Positions 50,326 to 62,144 of a DNA stretch of 64,000 bases are shown here, piece after piece. The stretch covers positions 149,234,001 to 149,298,000 of the forward strand of contig NC_082709.1 of the NCBI RefSeq assembly GCF_030144855.1, read 5' to 3'. A program made the position numbers and the translations under genes. The DNA is from Hypanus sabinus (taxonomy: Eukaryota). The notes beneath the pieces were generated by a model. That model saw only the letters and a list, made by a program, of their open reading frames with translations. It was not told where the DNA came from and did no database searches. Every line of letters begins with the position of its first letter. Position 1 is the stretch's first letter.

Positions 50326-50699
50326 GTAAGTATATACTTTGCACCCCACCCCAACAGTATGCATGTGGTGTCTGATGTACTGAAAGTTCAGTAAAGTATT
50401 GTCAGCTTATTCAAGTTAATTTACTAGTGCCATTAGATGGGAGGAACCAAGAAGGCAAAGTGAGGAATACATGGAGTCTGTTGAGTGGAATATATTTTAA
50501 CTGCCTAGGTATTAAGCTAATGCCAGATTGAAATTTTTTACAATTGAATGACTTTGACAAGCAGTGTCCCACAAAGGATAGTACTGGGAACCTTGCTGCT
50601 TTTATTATATATCTGTAAGATGTATATTTCAACCTTCATATATAATTGTAAGATAAACAATACATTATAAATATGTATGGGTGTGGGACGTTTGATAAG

Positions 50700-51360
50700 T
50701 AAGTTCATGACTGGAATGAAGTTGATAGTGTGGAAGACTGTTCTAGGCTGCAGTGAGGAACTGTACTGATAAAACATGGCACATGGAGTTTTATCCAGAC
50801 AAACATGAAGTGGTACAGTTTGGGAGCCAAATGACCATGCATGATAGGGTTCCATGCACTTGGGAGGACTTTCAAAGATCCTTGAAGGTGATAGCACAGG
50901 AAGGTAATTGGTTAGGAAGGCATGTTGGATTGTGGCTTTAATTAGCTGGGGAAGGAAATGCTGAGGTAGTGAGGTTGTGCTCCAAATTTATAAAATATAG
51001 GTCATACCTCAGCTGGAGTACAGTGAGCAGTCTGGACCCCAATGTACAGGAAGGATATGATAGAGCTAGGGTAGAGAGGAGACTCACCAGGATGTTGCCT
51101 GGGATGAAACGGTTCACTCTTGAGGAGACTCTTGAAGCCTTATCTGTTCTCTGAAGACTGGACAACATTAAGGGGGGACATGATAAGGTATAAGAAATAA
51201 TGAGTATAGATAGGATGGACAGTAGGAGCTGTCTTCCAAATCAGAGGCAGGTAAAACTAGATGACATAGATATAGGTTAAGTGGGAGAGATTTCAGGGGT
51301 ATCTGAGGTGGGCCTTCTTCATTCTGAGAGTTCAGTAGCAGTTGGTTAACTGAAAGTATT
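50700..51360 (+). mobile_element. CR1 3' RT fragment
   Basis: MEFYPDKHEVVQFG and LDPNVQEGYDRARVERRLTRMLPGM motifs. Confidence 0.6.
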
Positions 51361-51379
51361 ATGAGGGTATAGGTAAGCA

Positions 51380-51670
51380 CTTAAATTAGCCAGTGGTATA
51401 GTGACATCAGTATCAGACTTCAAGGCAATTGGTCCCGGGTTCGAATCTGACCGGCTCCTTGTATGCTCTAAATCTGTGTGTTGAACTAGCAAACTGACCC
51501 CGTAAAAACAGTCAAATGCTAAGCAAACAGTAAAAACTGCTGTCTGATGTGCCACAAAGTGCGAAAAGGAACAGTGACAGATGAGCACCTGCATTGCTTA
51601 GGCAGGGAGGGCAGTAGACCAAGTGTTGGGAAAGGGCATAAATCAGACGGGTGCCCACAGATGGCATGGA
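51380..51670 (+). mobile_element. tRNA-derived SINE
   Basis: A-box-like tggtatagtg and B-box gggttcgaatc at the 5' end. Confidence 0.55.
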
Positions 51671-51679
51671 TGATCTAAG

Positions 51680-54600
51680 ACCATAAGACATAGGAACAGA
51701 ATTAGGCCATTCAGCCCATCGAGTCTGCTCCACCATTCCATCCTGATCCTGGATCCCACTCAACACCATGCATCTGGCTTCTCGCTATGACCTCTGATGC
51801 CTGACCAATCAGGAAACTATCAATTTTCACTTTAAATATACCTATGGCCTTGGCCTCATATATTAACCCCTTCATTCTGGGTATCATCCTCATGAACCTC
51901 CTCTGCATTCTTTCCAAAGACAGCACTTCCTTTCTGAGATAAGGGGCCCAAAACTGTTGACAATACAGGTTCAACATTATCTCCTGGCTTTTCTATTCTA
52001 CTTCCCTTGAAATAAATGCTAACATTGCATTTGCCTTCTTTACCACAGACTCAACCTGTAAATTAACTTTCTGTTTCCTGCCTGTCAGCTATTCCTCAAT
52101 CTATGGCAGTATCAGTCTTGTAGTGCCATTGGATTTTAACTATAAGCAGCCTCAATGTGTGGCACCTTATCAAATGTCTCGTGGAAATCCAAGTAAATGA
52201 CATCCACTGCCACTCCTTTGCTTGTTACTTTCTCGAAGGACTCTAACAGATTTTCCAGGCAAGATTTCCCTTTACAAAAACCATGCTGACTTTGACTTAT
52301 TTTATCATCAGTCTCCAAGTACCCCGAAACCTCATCCTTTAAAATGGACTCCAAGGTGGGTCCACCTTTGCCCCTTCTCTTGTCAGTAGAAACAGTTCCA
52401 CCAGGCCTAGTAGCTAAGCCACAGGTGAAGGCCAAGAGTTGGTTGTCAGAGGCTGTTGGAGTCGCACTTCATTTGGAGCACTTTATAGGTAGTGGGAGCT
52501 TTTCCCCACTACCACCCCGGCTATGACAATCTTAGGAACGAGAGAGTAGGTTACATGGTTGGCAAAACGTTGTGGGCTGAAGGGCCTGTAATGTGCTGTA
52601 GATTTCTATGTTTCTATGTTCAAATATCAACTCTCACCTTCCTTTTACTCTTTATATAACTGAAAAAAACTTTTAGTATCCTGCCCTATACTATTGGCTA
52701 GTTTGCCCTAATTTTTTCATCTTTGCCCTTTTAGGGCCTTTTTAGTTGCCTTTTGTTGGATTTTAAGAGGTTCCCAATCATCCAACTTCTTACTCACTTT
52801 TGCTACATGATGTGCCCTTTCCTTGATTTTTATACACTCCTTAACTTCTCTTGTCAGCCTCAGTTGCCTACCCATGCCATTTGAGAACTTCTTCTGTGGG
52901 ACATATTTATCCTGTGCCTTGACAACTTTTCCCAGAAACTTCAGCCACCTCTGCTCTGCCGTCATCCATGCCCATATCCCTTTCCAGCACAACTGGGCAA
53001 GCTCCTCTCTCATGCCTTCCTTTATTCCATTGCAATGCTGGAACATCTGACATATGCTTCTCCCTCTCAAATTGCAGTATCAATTCAAACATATTATAAT
53101 CACTGTCTCCTAAAGGTTTTGTTTTAACCCTTAAACTCCCTAATAAGATTCTGTGTTATTGCACAACACCCAATTTAAAATAGCCTTTCCCCATGTAGGC
53201 TCAAGCACAAGCTGCTCTAGAAAGCCTTCTCATTGGCATTCAACAAATTGCCTCTCTTGCGATCCGACACCAACCTGATTTTCGTAATCCTTATGCATAC
53301 TGAAGTTCCCTGTTGCAATTGTTATTACATGCCTTTTTCAGCTCGCTTTGCAATCTCAACCCCACATCTTGGTTACTATTTGGAGGCCTATATAGGATTC
53401 CCATAATGTTTTTTTCACCTTTTGCAGTTTCTTAACTCCACAAAGATTTGACATTCTCCAACCCAATGTCACCTCTTTCTAAAGAAGTAATTGCATCTCT
53501 TACCAATAGGGTCACACCACAGCTTAAGCCTTCCTGCCTGTCCTTTTGATACAAAGTATATTCTTTGATATTAAGCTCCCAACTATCACCATCTTTCAAC
53601 CATGACTCAGTGATGCCTACAATCGTCATAACACCTAATCTCGAAATACACCATGAGTTCGTCTATCATATTCTGAATGCTATGCATATTTAAATACAGA
53701 ACCTTCAGTCCTGCATTCTTCTTACTTTTGAATTTTGCCTCTGTGGTACAATTTAACTCTTTGCTCTGTCTGCAGTTGTACACATTATTGGCTTCTCCTT
53801 CCTTACATTCATATTACACCCATCATGTACTTGTAAGCCTGTTGGCTCATCCTCAGCTCTTTCATTGTGGTTCCCACCCCCTGCCATATTAGTTTAAACC
53901 ACTCCCAACAGCTTTAGCATATCTGCCTGCAAGAATATTGCCCACCCCTCAGATTCAAGTGCAACCCTTTCCTTTTGTACAGGCCACCCCTACCCTAGAA
54001 GGGGTTCCAATGATCCAGAAATCTGAATCCTTGCCCTCTGCTCCAATTCTTCAGCCTCACATTTATCTGCCACCTCATTCGTTTCCGATCCTCACTGTTG
54101 TGTGGCACAGGCAGCAATCACAAGATACCTACCTTTTTACCCAATTTCCCTCAGGATCAATAAAGTATGTCTGTCTGTCTTTGAGGTCCTACTTCTCTGC
54201 TTCCCTCGTAACGCCCTGTAGTCTGTTTTCAGGACCTCCTTCCTTTTTCTACCTATGTTGACGGTACCAATACATACCACAACTTCTGGCTGCTCACCCT
54301 CCCTTTTCAGGATATTGTGGATGCATTTAGAAAGATCACAGACCCTGGTACCTGGAAGGCAAACTACCAACCATGTGTCTTTTTTGTGGCTACAGAATCA
54401 TGTATCTGTCCCCCTAACTATAGAGTCCCCTATTACTGCTGCCATCCTCTTTAGTTCCCTGGCCTTCTGAGCCACAGGGCCAGACTCAGTGCCAGAGGCA
54501 CAGCTGCTATTGCTTCCCAACCGTACTTATTGTTGAGGGAGATGGCCACAGGGGTACTCCCCACTGTCTGATGTTTTCCCTTCCCTCTCTTGACAGTCAC
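51680..54600 (-). mobile_element. Long, internally deleted CR1 LINE (ORF1 esterase-like, APE and RT fragments)
   Basis: VVCLPGTRV...PEVVVCIGTVNIGRK (ORF1), IVGITESWL...DRQEG (APE) and SQHGFCKGKSCL...YLDFHETFDKVPH (RT). Confidence 0.75.
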
Positions 54601-57534
54601 CCACTTATCTGTGTCCTGTAGACTTGGGAGGCTAGTTGGGCTAACTGTAGTAGAACCAAATGGCCTGTTTCCATGTTGTATGAATCCCTGAATCTAAGAC
54701 TTTAATATTCATTTTAACCTTCTCCATTTACCATGACCGCACAATTACTATCTTCATTGTTAACAGCTCCTAAATATTGAGCTGTGAGGGATGCTGAAGG
54801 TTACCTTGGTTTCATGTCCCAGATATAGCTGGGCAGCATGCCATGCCCATCCCCTTGTGCAGCTCTTTCCTTGTTGTTCTTCAAGGTGGATTTTATTTCC
54901 ATGCATCTACCTTTTACATTAAATTATTGTGGTCTCCATCTAGAAAACCAAAAGCTATGTACACCTCTTTCCTCCAGAAAAACTCTGAAAAACTGAGTCA
55001 AGTAATATAGTTGCCTTTTCTGCTTGCTCTAGTTTCTTTCTCAGTAAATTTTTGATTCAATTTTAACAAATTACATATATCAGAATTAACCTCTGCCTAA
55101 AGTGAAGCTACAGCTTTAAAGAACATTAGAGACACCTTAGGTCTTACTACCCCACAGATATAACATTCCAACATTCCCACCATTATATTCTTTCCACACT
55201 GACATCAATGAATAACTACATGGCTAAGGAAAATGTCTGCTCCATAGTGAGCAGTATGCTAACTTCCAAACGTGGATACAGATTGGTGAGAGATAAATCA
55301 CTTCTCTTAAAGTTGAAGCATTTGAGGATAAGGTCTATTGATAGAGATAGGTCAGAGTTGGAAATATTTATTTTGTTTATTTTTGTGAATGTTGCAATGA
55401 AACTCACTAGACCAATATATTTCAATAACCTGGCAAAGTATTGGAGGTAGGAGCAGAGTTTCTTGTTTACCTTGGCCAACTATTTAATTCCAATTTTTTG
55501 GCTTTTGGTTACACATTAATTTTGTAGAGTTATTGCCCTTCAAGGTATATCGCCTGAAGTGTTGATAGCTAAGCGGGTAGTAGCTATTCTTGATACTTTC
55601 TGAAGTTGCCAACAGCCCGTGGAGCCTATATCTGTAGAAAAAAATGGAAATGCAGGAGTTACTGACAACGATATCCTATGTCCCCTCAGACTATGCGGCT
55701 AAAATTCCAAAAGGTAAAAGTTTTTACAAATCTGGAAAGTGAGATGAATTTACATTTTGTATTTTCTTCTCACTGTAAATACCTTCGAGAAAGTCAAATC
55801 AAGGCATAACTGTTTCAACAGCATAGTATGCCACAAATATTACTAAAAGAAACTTTTCTTCTGCTGAATTTTTTTTGTAGTACATAAACATTCTCCTTTC
55901 CAAACATATCTTTCACTCTTCTACTCCTTAAGACTTGTAAAAGAGTAAAATTTCACCCTCTCAGTGGTTTTCACATTATGTGGCCAGATGGTGTTTCTTC
56001 AGGTGTTAATCCAGTCCACGCGCTGTACAGTAATCAAGTGAAACATCTTGGCTGCAGTTTTTTGCATATAAATTTACTCGTGCACATCAGACTGAGACTG
56101 CAATTTTCACTCCACATGTGAGGCTGAGGTTCAGTGGGTGAGAAACTGAAGTGCTGTTTATCACGCGCTTTTACAGCTGAACAGATATAAAGTCAACCCC
56201 CATTTTATTGTCATATGTATGCACAAATACGTGTACATACAGGTGCAGTGAGAACCTTAACTTGCAGCAGCATTACAGGCACATAGCATTATGTGAGCAA
56301 TATTCACAAGAAAAACATAAATTATTCACAATTGTTACAAGAATGTACACGATTAGAACAAAACAAGTCCATTTTAATGTGAAACCATCAAATTAGTCAT
56401 AGTGTTGCTGTCGCTTGCTTCTATTGTTTGCATGGTGTGTATTTTTCCTCTTTCTCTGTGCAGAGGTTATGGTCTTTCTTTATTTTAATTGTGTTCTTCG
56501 TGTTTCTTGCTTTGTTCCTGCCTGTAATTAAACAAATCTCAATGTGTATCATTTATACATTCTTTGATAATAGATGTGCTTCAAATCTTGAATCTTCGAA
56601 GATGTAGAGATTAAGGTTTTGCTGACTGGTTCAGGAACTGAATGGTTGAAGGAGAAAATCTGCAGATGCTGGAAATCCAAGCAACACATGCAAAATGCTG
56701 GAGAAACTCAGCAGGCCAAACGGCGTCTAAATGAATCTCGAAGCCACGTTGTACAAGCTAGCAGCGAAGATATGTTCCCAGAAAAGATACACGGTTGTAG
56801 TAGCGGGTCTGGATAAGCACGTGGTTGCAGAGCTGGGGAGCAGCGGGGTTCACAGAGGGGGAGCAGTGAGCAGGGTTTCACTGAACTCCCATCGAAGGGA
56901 AGGCTTAAACTTCTTCAGGGTGGGCATTTCTGGAAGAGACTTCACAGTGTCGTAATCAAATCACAAACAAGAGAACATCTACAGATGCTGTAAATCCAAG
57001 CACCACACACAAAATGCTGGAGGAACTCAGCAGGCCAGGCAGCATCTAAGGAAAGTCATTGTTCCTGATCCTGATGGTGTGGGAGTTCAGGCTTCTGTAC
57101 CTCCTGTCTGATGGCAGCTGCACAAAGGTGACAGAGCCTGGATGGTGGGGATCTTTGATGATGGATGTTGTCTTCTCCAGCCAGTGCCTCCTGCCAATAG
57201 TAGGGATTGTCTCGGTCCCGACTGTTAATTCCTCTTATTATCCTAACTCCCTTTTTCCCCCATGTTCTCCTGGGCTACTTGATTGCGGCACCTGATTCTC
57301 TTCTAAACTTGCAGCATAAAACCCTGGCTTTGCATCCACTCATTGCCAGACCGTTACTTCAGCCAGAGCGGTAATTCACATTCCCGACAGCTTAGAATGG
57401 AGTATTCTAAGTCTTACTTCAGTACCGAGGTTTACCTGTGTAACTCTGTCTCTCCGTATTGCCTGTCATTTGTCGTTCCATTTAACGCTCCATGTCAAGA
57501 TAAGTGTTGCCTGCCTCCTGCCCCTCCGTTTACC

Positions 57535-58695
57535 CACACTGTTTGCCTGTGTTAACCCAGTCTCCCATCCACTTAGAACTGTGTATTCTAAATTCTGCTT
57601 CCACGCTGTTTGCCTGTGTTAACCCAGTCTCCCATCCACTTAGAACTGTGTATTCTAAATTCTGCTTCCACGCTGTTTGCCTGTGTTAACCCAGTCTGTC
57701 ATCCACTTAGAACTGTGTATTCTAAATTCTGTTTCCACGCTGTTTGCCTGTGTTAACCCAGTCTGTCATCCACTTAGAACTGTGTATTCTAAATTCTGTT
57801 TCCACGCTGTTTGCCTGTGTTAACCCAGTCTCCCATCCACTTAGAACTGTGTATTCTAAATTCTGTTTCCACGCTGTTTGCCTGTGTTAACCCAGTCTCC
57901 CATCCACTTAGAACTGTGTATTCTAAATTCTGTTTCCACGCTGTTTGCCTGTGTTAACCCAGTCTCCCATCCACTTAGAACTGTGTATTCTAAATTCTGT
58001 TTCCACACTGTTTGCCTGTGTTAACCCAGTCTGTCATCCACTTAGAACTGTGTATTCTAAATTCTGTTTCCACGCTGTTTGCCTGTGTTAACCCAGTCTC
58101 TCATCCACTTAGAACTGTGTATTCTAAATTCTGTTTCCACGCTGTTTGCCTGTGTTAACCCAGTCTCTCATCCACTTAGAACTGTGTATTCTAAATTCTG
58201 CTTCCACGCTGTTTGCCTGTGTTAACCCAGTCTCCCATCCACTTAGAACTGTGTATTCTAAATTCTGCTTCCACGCTGTTTGCCTGTGTTAACCCAGTCT
58301 CTCATCCACTTAGAACTGTGTATTCTAAATTCTGTTTCCACACTGTTTGCCTGTGTTAACCCAGTCTGTCATCCACTTAGAACTGTGTATTCTAAATTCT
58401 GTTTCCACGCTGTTTGCCTGTGTTAACCCAGTCTCTCGTTCGCTTAGAACTGTGTATTCTAAATTCTGTTTCCACGCTGTTTGCCTGTGTTAACCCAGTC
58501 TCTCGTCCGCTTAGAACTGTGTATTCTAAATTCTGTTTCCACGCTGTTTGCCTGTGTTAACCCAGTCTCTCGTTCGCTTAGAACTGTGTATTCTAAATTC
58601 TGTTTCCACGCTGTTTGCCTGTGTTAACCCAGTCTCTCGTTCGCTTAGAACTGTGTATTCTAAGTTTTGTTTCCACACTGCTTGCCTGTGTTAAC
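57535..58695. repeat. 67-bp minisatellite, about 17 copies
   Basis: Unit ccacgctgtttgcctgtgttaacccagtctcccatccacttagaactgtgtattctaaattctgttt. Period checked at 57541, 57608, 57675 ... 58680. Confidence 0.95.
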
Positions 58696-58809
58696 TTTCT
58701 CTCTCCATATTAACAGGAGTATGGCATGCTGCCCGCCGTTCTCCCCTAGCCAGGCTCATCCCCTTGTCTGCCTCCCTGCTCCACCTCATCCCGCCGTCCG
58801 TCTACACTC

Positions 58810-58878
58810 TCCGCTGGGTCAGTGGTTAAATGCCGCGTTCTCACCATGGTGACCTGGGTTTGAACCCTGGTCCAGCCT
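58810..58878 (+). other. tRNA-Glu-like degenerate segment inside the LTR
   Basis: tgggtcagtgg A-box, gttCTCacc anticodon-loop-like segment and ggtttgaaccc B-box with one mismatch. Probably not a functional tRNA. Confidence 0.45.
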
Positions 58879-60968
58879 CGCTCACTCCTCAGCATTCCTC
58901 TGCCTATCCCTGCAACCATTAATAAACACTCTTCTGATAACGCTGTGTGTCCTGTGTTTGGGTTCACTCGTTCTCTTGCTGCAACAGGGATGGATATGGT
59001 TATGATGTATTGGGTAGAGTCCACTACTCTCTTTAGCTGCTTATGTTCCTGCACATTCAGATGGCCACGGTCTAACCATTCAGGATACTTTCAGCACTAC
59101 ATCTGTAAAAGTTTGTTGGTGTTCAGTGGCAAGCTGAAGTTCCTCAACCTCCTAAGAAAGTTCAAGTTTATCGTCATCTGGCTGTACACATTTACAACCA
59201 AATGAAACAACGTTCCTCTAGACCACGGTGCACCCACAAAACAGCACATAAAATATAACTACAAGTAGGTTATTAAAATATAACTTAAAGTTCACATAAT
59301 GCACAGCACAGTAACAGCTCACTGTCCTGGTGACACATATTTGGTGGTGACAGAGTATTCATTTGTCCCAGAGCCTGAAGGTTCTGAAGTTGTTACTCTT
59401 TTGTTTTCCTTATGATTGGATCTTTGTGCTGTGCCCAGGACAGATTATCTGATATGTTAACACCCAGGAATTTAAAGCTGCTGAGTCTCTTCATCATTGA
59501 TGCCCCAATGTAGACAGGTGTATGTGTGCCCTCCTTTCCCGACATCAACAATCAGCTCCTTAGTTTTACCGATATTGAGTGTAAGGGTGTTTTTGCAGCA
59601 CCACTCAACCAGCTGACCTATCTCACTCTGGTAAGCTGTGATTTGTCCAATAACAGTAATGGCAGTCATCCAGAAACAGCAGTCTCACTGGCGAATTTGA
59701 CAATGGCATCGGAGCTGTGCTTAGGCACACAGTCAGCTGTGTATAAAGACTAGAGCAGGGGGCTATGCATGCAGCCTTGAGGTGCACCAGTGTTAAAGAT
59801 CATTAGGGAGGTGCCCTGCCATCCTCCCTGAGGTCTGCTGGTGAGAAACATTCATTTTTGATGGTTAGACAGACACCCAAAACAAGCAGAAATGTTTACA
59901 GTGCAAAGGCTGTTTCTTAGATTCACGCTTTGTGTTGCAATGTTTTTCAAGTCTTTGGGAAACATTCAGAAGTACAAACATGCTTCTACTTGTAGAATCG
60001 AAGATCTCAAATAAATGGTATTGTCTCAGCTGCTGCTTGATGTAGGTCAAGGAAGAAAACCTGGAATTTGCATGGATTAATAAATTCTGGCTTATTACTT
60101 ACTTGGTCCGTTGCTGAATATGTAGCAGCAGAAAGTGAATGGGGTGAGCTCCAAGGGATCTGACTGGTTTAACAGTTGGATGAACTGTGAAATGTGAATT
60201 GCCGGCACTAAGCTCTCTGATTCCAATAAGCTTGCCGGTTTTTCATGAAGGTCTCCCTTCCACCCATCTGATGTATTTATCTAGCGCGTTGCATTTGCAA
60301 GGCCCGTAGCATTGTCAAAGTTCCCTCCCATTTGTCCCACAATCTCTTTGACCCCCTAGCATCAGGCAGGAGGTGTCACAGCTTTAGAACAAGTAGTGTT
60401 TGGACTGGAAACAGCTTCTTCCAGGCTGTGAGACAACTGAACTTCCTGCCACCACCCAGGTCTCATCACTTATGAAATGCCAGTAGTGTTATATTGTTTA
60501 GCTTTTAACTAGTGCCGTAAATGCACCTTATGCTAAATGTCAAACTTCTGGAATATATTTTATTATGTGTGGTAATATTTCTTTATGTGTTGTGTGTGAG
60601 TTATGTGTACGTGTTATGCTCCTTGGTTTGGGAGAGCGTTGCTTAGTTTGGTGGTACATGATTGAATGACAAAAGACTTGGACTTGAAAGGACTGAATGC
60701 AATAGCTGGCTATTGCTTAAAGATAAAGATTCTTGCTCAAAGATTCTCTTTCTTTTCCCAATGACCTTTTGTGATCTGTCTACAACTAAGGTAATGTGAC
60801 ATTGGCCAGGAGTTCAAGAATCTCCAACACAGGCTTGGAAATGAAACTGATTAAAAAAGAGGATGTTGTTGACTTATTAGTCATGATTTTACTGAAATGA
60901 AAATCAGCCAACAGTGCAACACTCGTGATCATGAACACACAAATCCACAGCCCATTGGTATTTGATGC

Positions 60969-61748
60969 TGTTACGAATTCCCGTAACTGGATCACTTACC
61001 AGCAAAGATAGAGAGGTCCGTTGAAGTCTGATGGTACTATTTTTAAAAGTACTTATTGATAAAGGGCACAAAAATAAGATTAATGCAAACATACAGATAA
61101 TATACGTCGTCAATACTAAATCTAGCGCGCGGGTATAATAATAACCAATAAGAAATCGCTCTATTGTTGTCTAGGGGATAATGTATTGTCCAATGGAAAG
61201 ATAACAGTCACTATCAGTTCGCTCAAGCTGCAGCGTTGTTGGGTTTAAAAACGATGTGGTTTAACTTGCCCCATATCTTTTATGATGCCAATCCATTGAG
61301 TCAGGGGAGCGGGCTTCCCCGTTGTTAGCTAAAAGCTGTTTTCTGTTGTTCCAGCCACCAATTCCAGCCATGGAATCGAACACACGTGGCTTCCTTCAGA
61401 TGACTTCCTGTTGTTACATGGTCGCTTAATGTTTCTTCTGGTGCGTCTGAAGGGGTTGTTCCCCAGACCCTCTTTTATACTTCCTCACGGGGTCTCCGAT
61501 GTCAATCAGGTTGGGATGATGCAATCCCTCAACCAGCTCACTCTGGTCGTCTCCTGAGGGGCTTCAATGAATAGTACAGTACTCAATACCCAACTTGGTC
61601 TTCCGGAGACAATGGCCATGTCCCATAGCTTTACATCGCCGGGGAAACGAGCCAGCCTGCATGTATCTTTTCCCCTTTCCTGGGCCCCTTGACCCAACCC
61701 AACAGCGATCTGGCGATTCTCACAAAGGAGGGGGCTACGGACGTAACA
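60969..61748 (-). mobile_element. Solo LTR (780 bp), antisense to the receptor gene
   Basis: TGTTACG...CGTAACA inverted ends, 4-bp TSD ATGC (60965-60968 and 61749-61752), and TATAAAA on the minus strand at 61473-61479. Confidence 0.75.
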
Positions 61749-61877
61749 ATGCTCAAGTTTAATACTAACACTTCCACATGGTTTTGCTGTGTACAGCATT
61801 TATGGCAAAGTAGGTTCATTTAAAAACAGAATGGGGAATAAAATCTAATGATACTTTTTTTCATTTTTGTGTTGCAG

Positions 61878-62144
61878 GTTAACGTTTCTTTAAGAGATGA
61901 AACTCTGCAATATGCATCTGTTTATTTCAGCAATCCTCCCAAAGAGAAGCAAAGGCAAGAAGTGAGAAGTCCAGCACAGGCCCATGAATCAGAATATGCT
62001 GTTTTAAAGGTCAAAGATAAAAATAATCTTTTCTATGAGGAACCTGTATGTAATTTCACAGTCAGCGTTTGTCCCACGTCAAATACAGCCCAGACTGCTA
62101 ATTACCGCACAACCACAAGCTTTTCTCTACAACAATTTACGTAG
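61878..62144 (+). CDS. VJ-C1-C1-ITIM receptor, exon 7: tandem ITIM exon
   Basis: Acceptor ttttgtgttgcag|, phase 0. LQYASV (61905-61922) and SEYAVL (61989-62006) fit (I/V/L/S)xYxx(L/V). Stop TAG at 62142-62144, or an alternative donor gtatgt at 62046. Confidence 0.8.
   Translation, partial: VNVSLRDETLQYASVYFSNPPKEKQRQEVRSPAQAHESEYAVLKVKDKNNLFYEEPVCNFTVSVCPTSNTAQTANYRTTTSFSLQQFT

Larger units (their letters stand above)
57208..58986 (+). mobile_element. Solo LTR-like element (Gypsy/BEL-type ends), nested in a LINE fragment
   Basis: TGT...ACA ends with 5-bp TSD GGGAT (57203-57207 and 58987-58991); AATAAA lies near the right end. The interrupted LINE sequence resumes on both sides. Confidence 0.75.

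Noticed and set aside
57529-58695. Regular array as a possible CRISPR or coding repeat
   Set aside because: These are contiguous near-identical units with no unique spacers, in a vertebrate context with no cas genes. The ORFs across it are short and closed.
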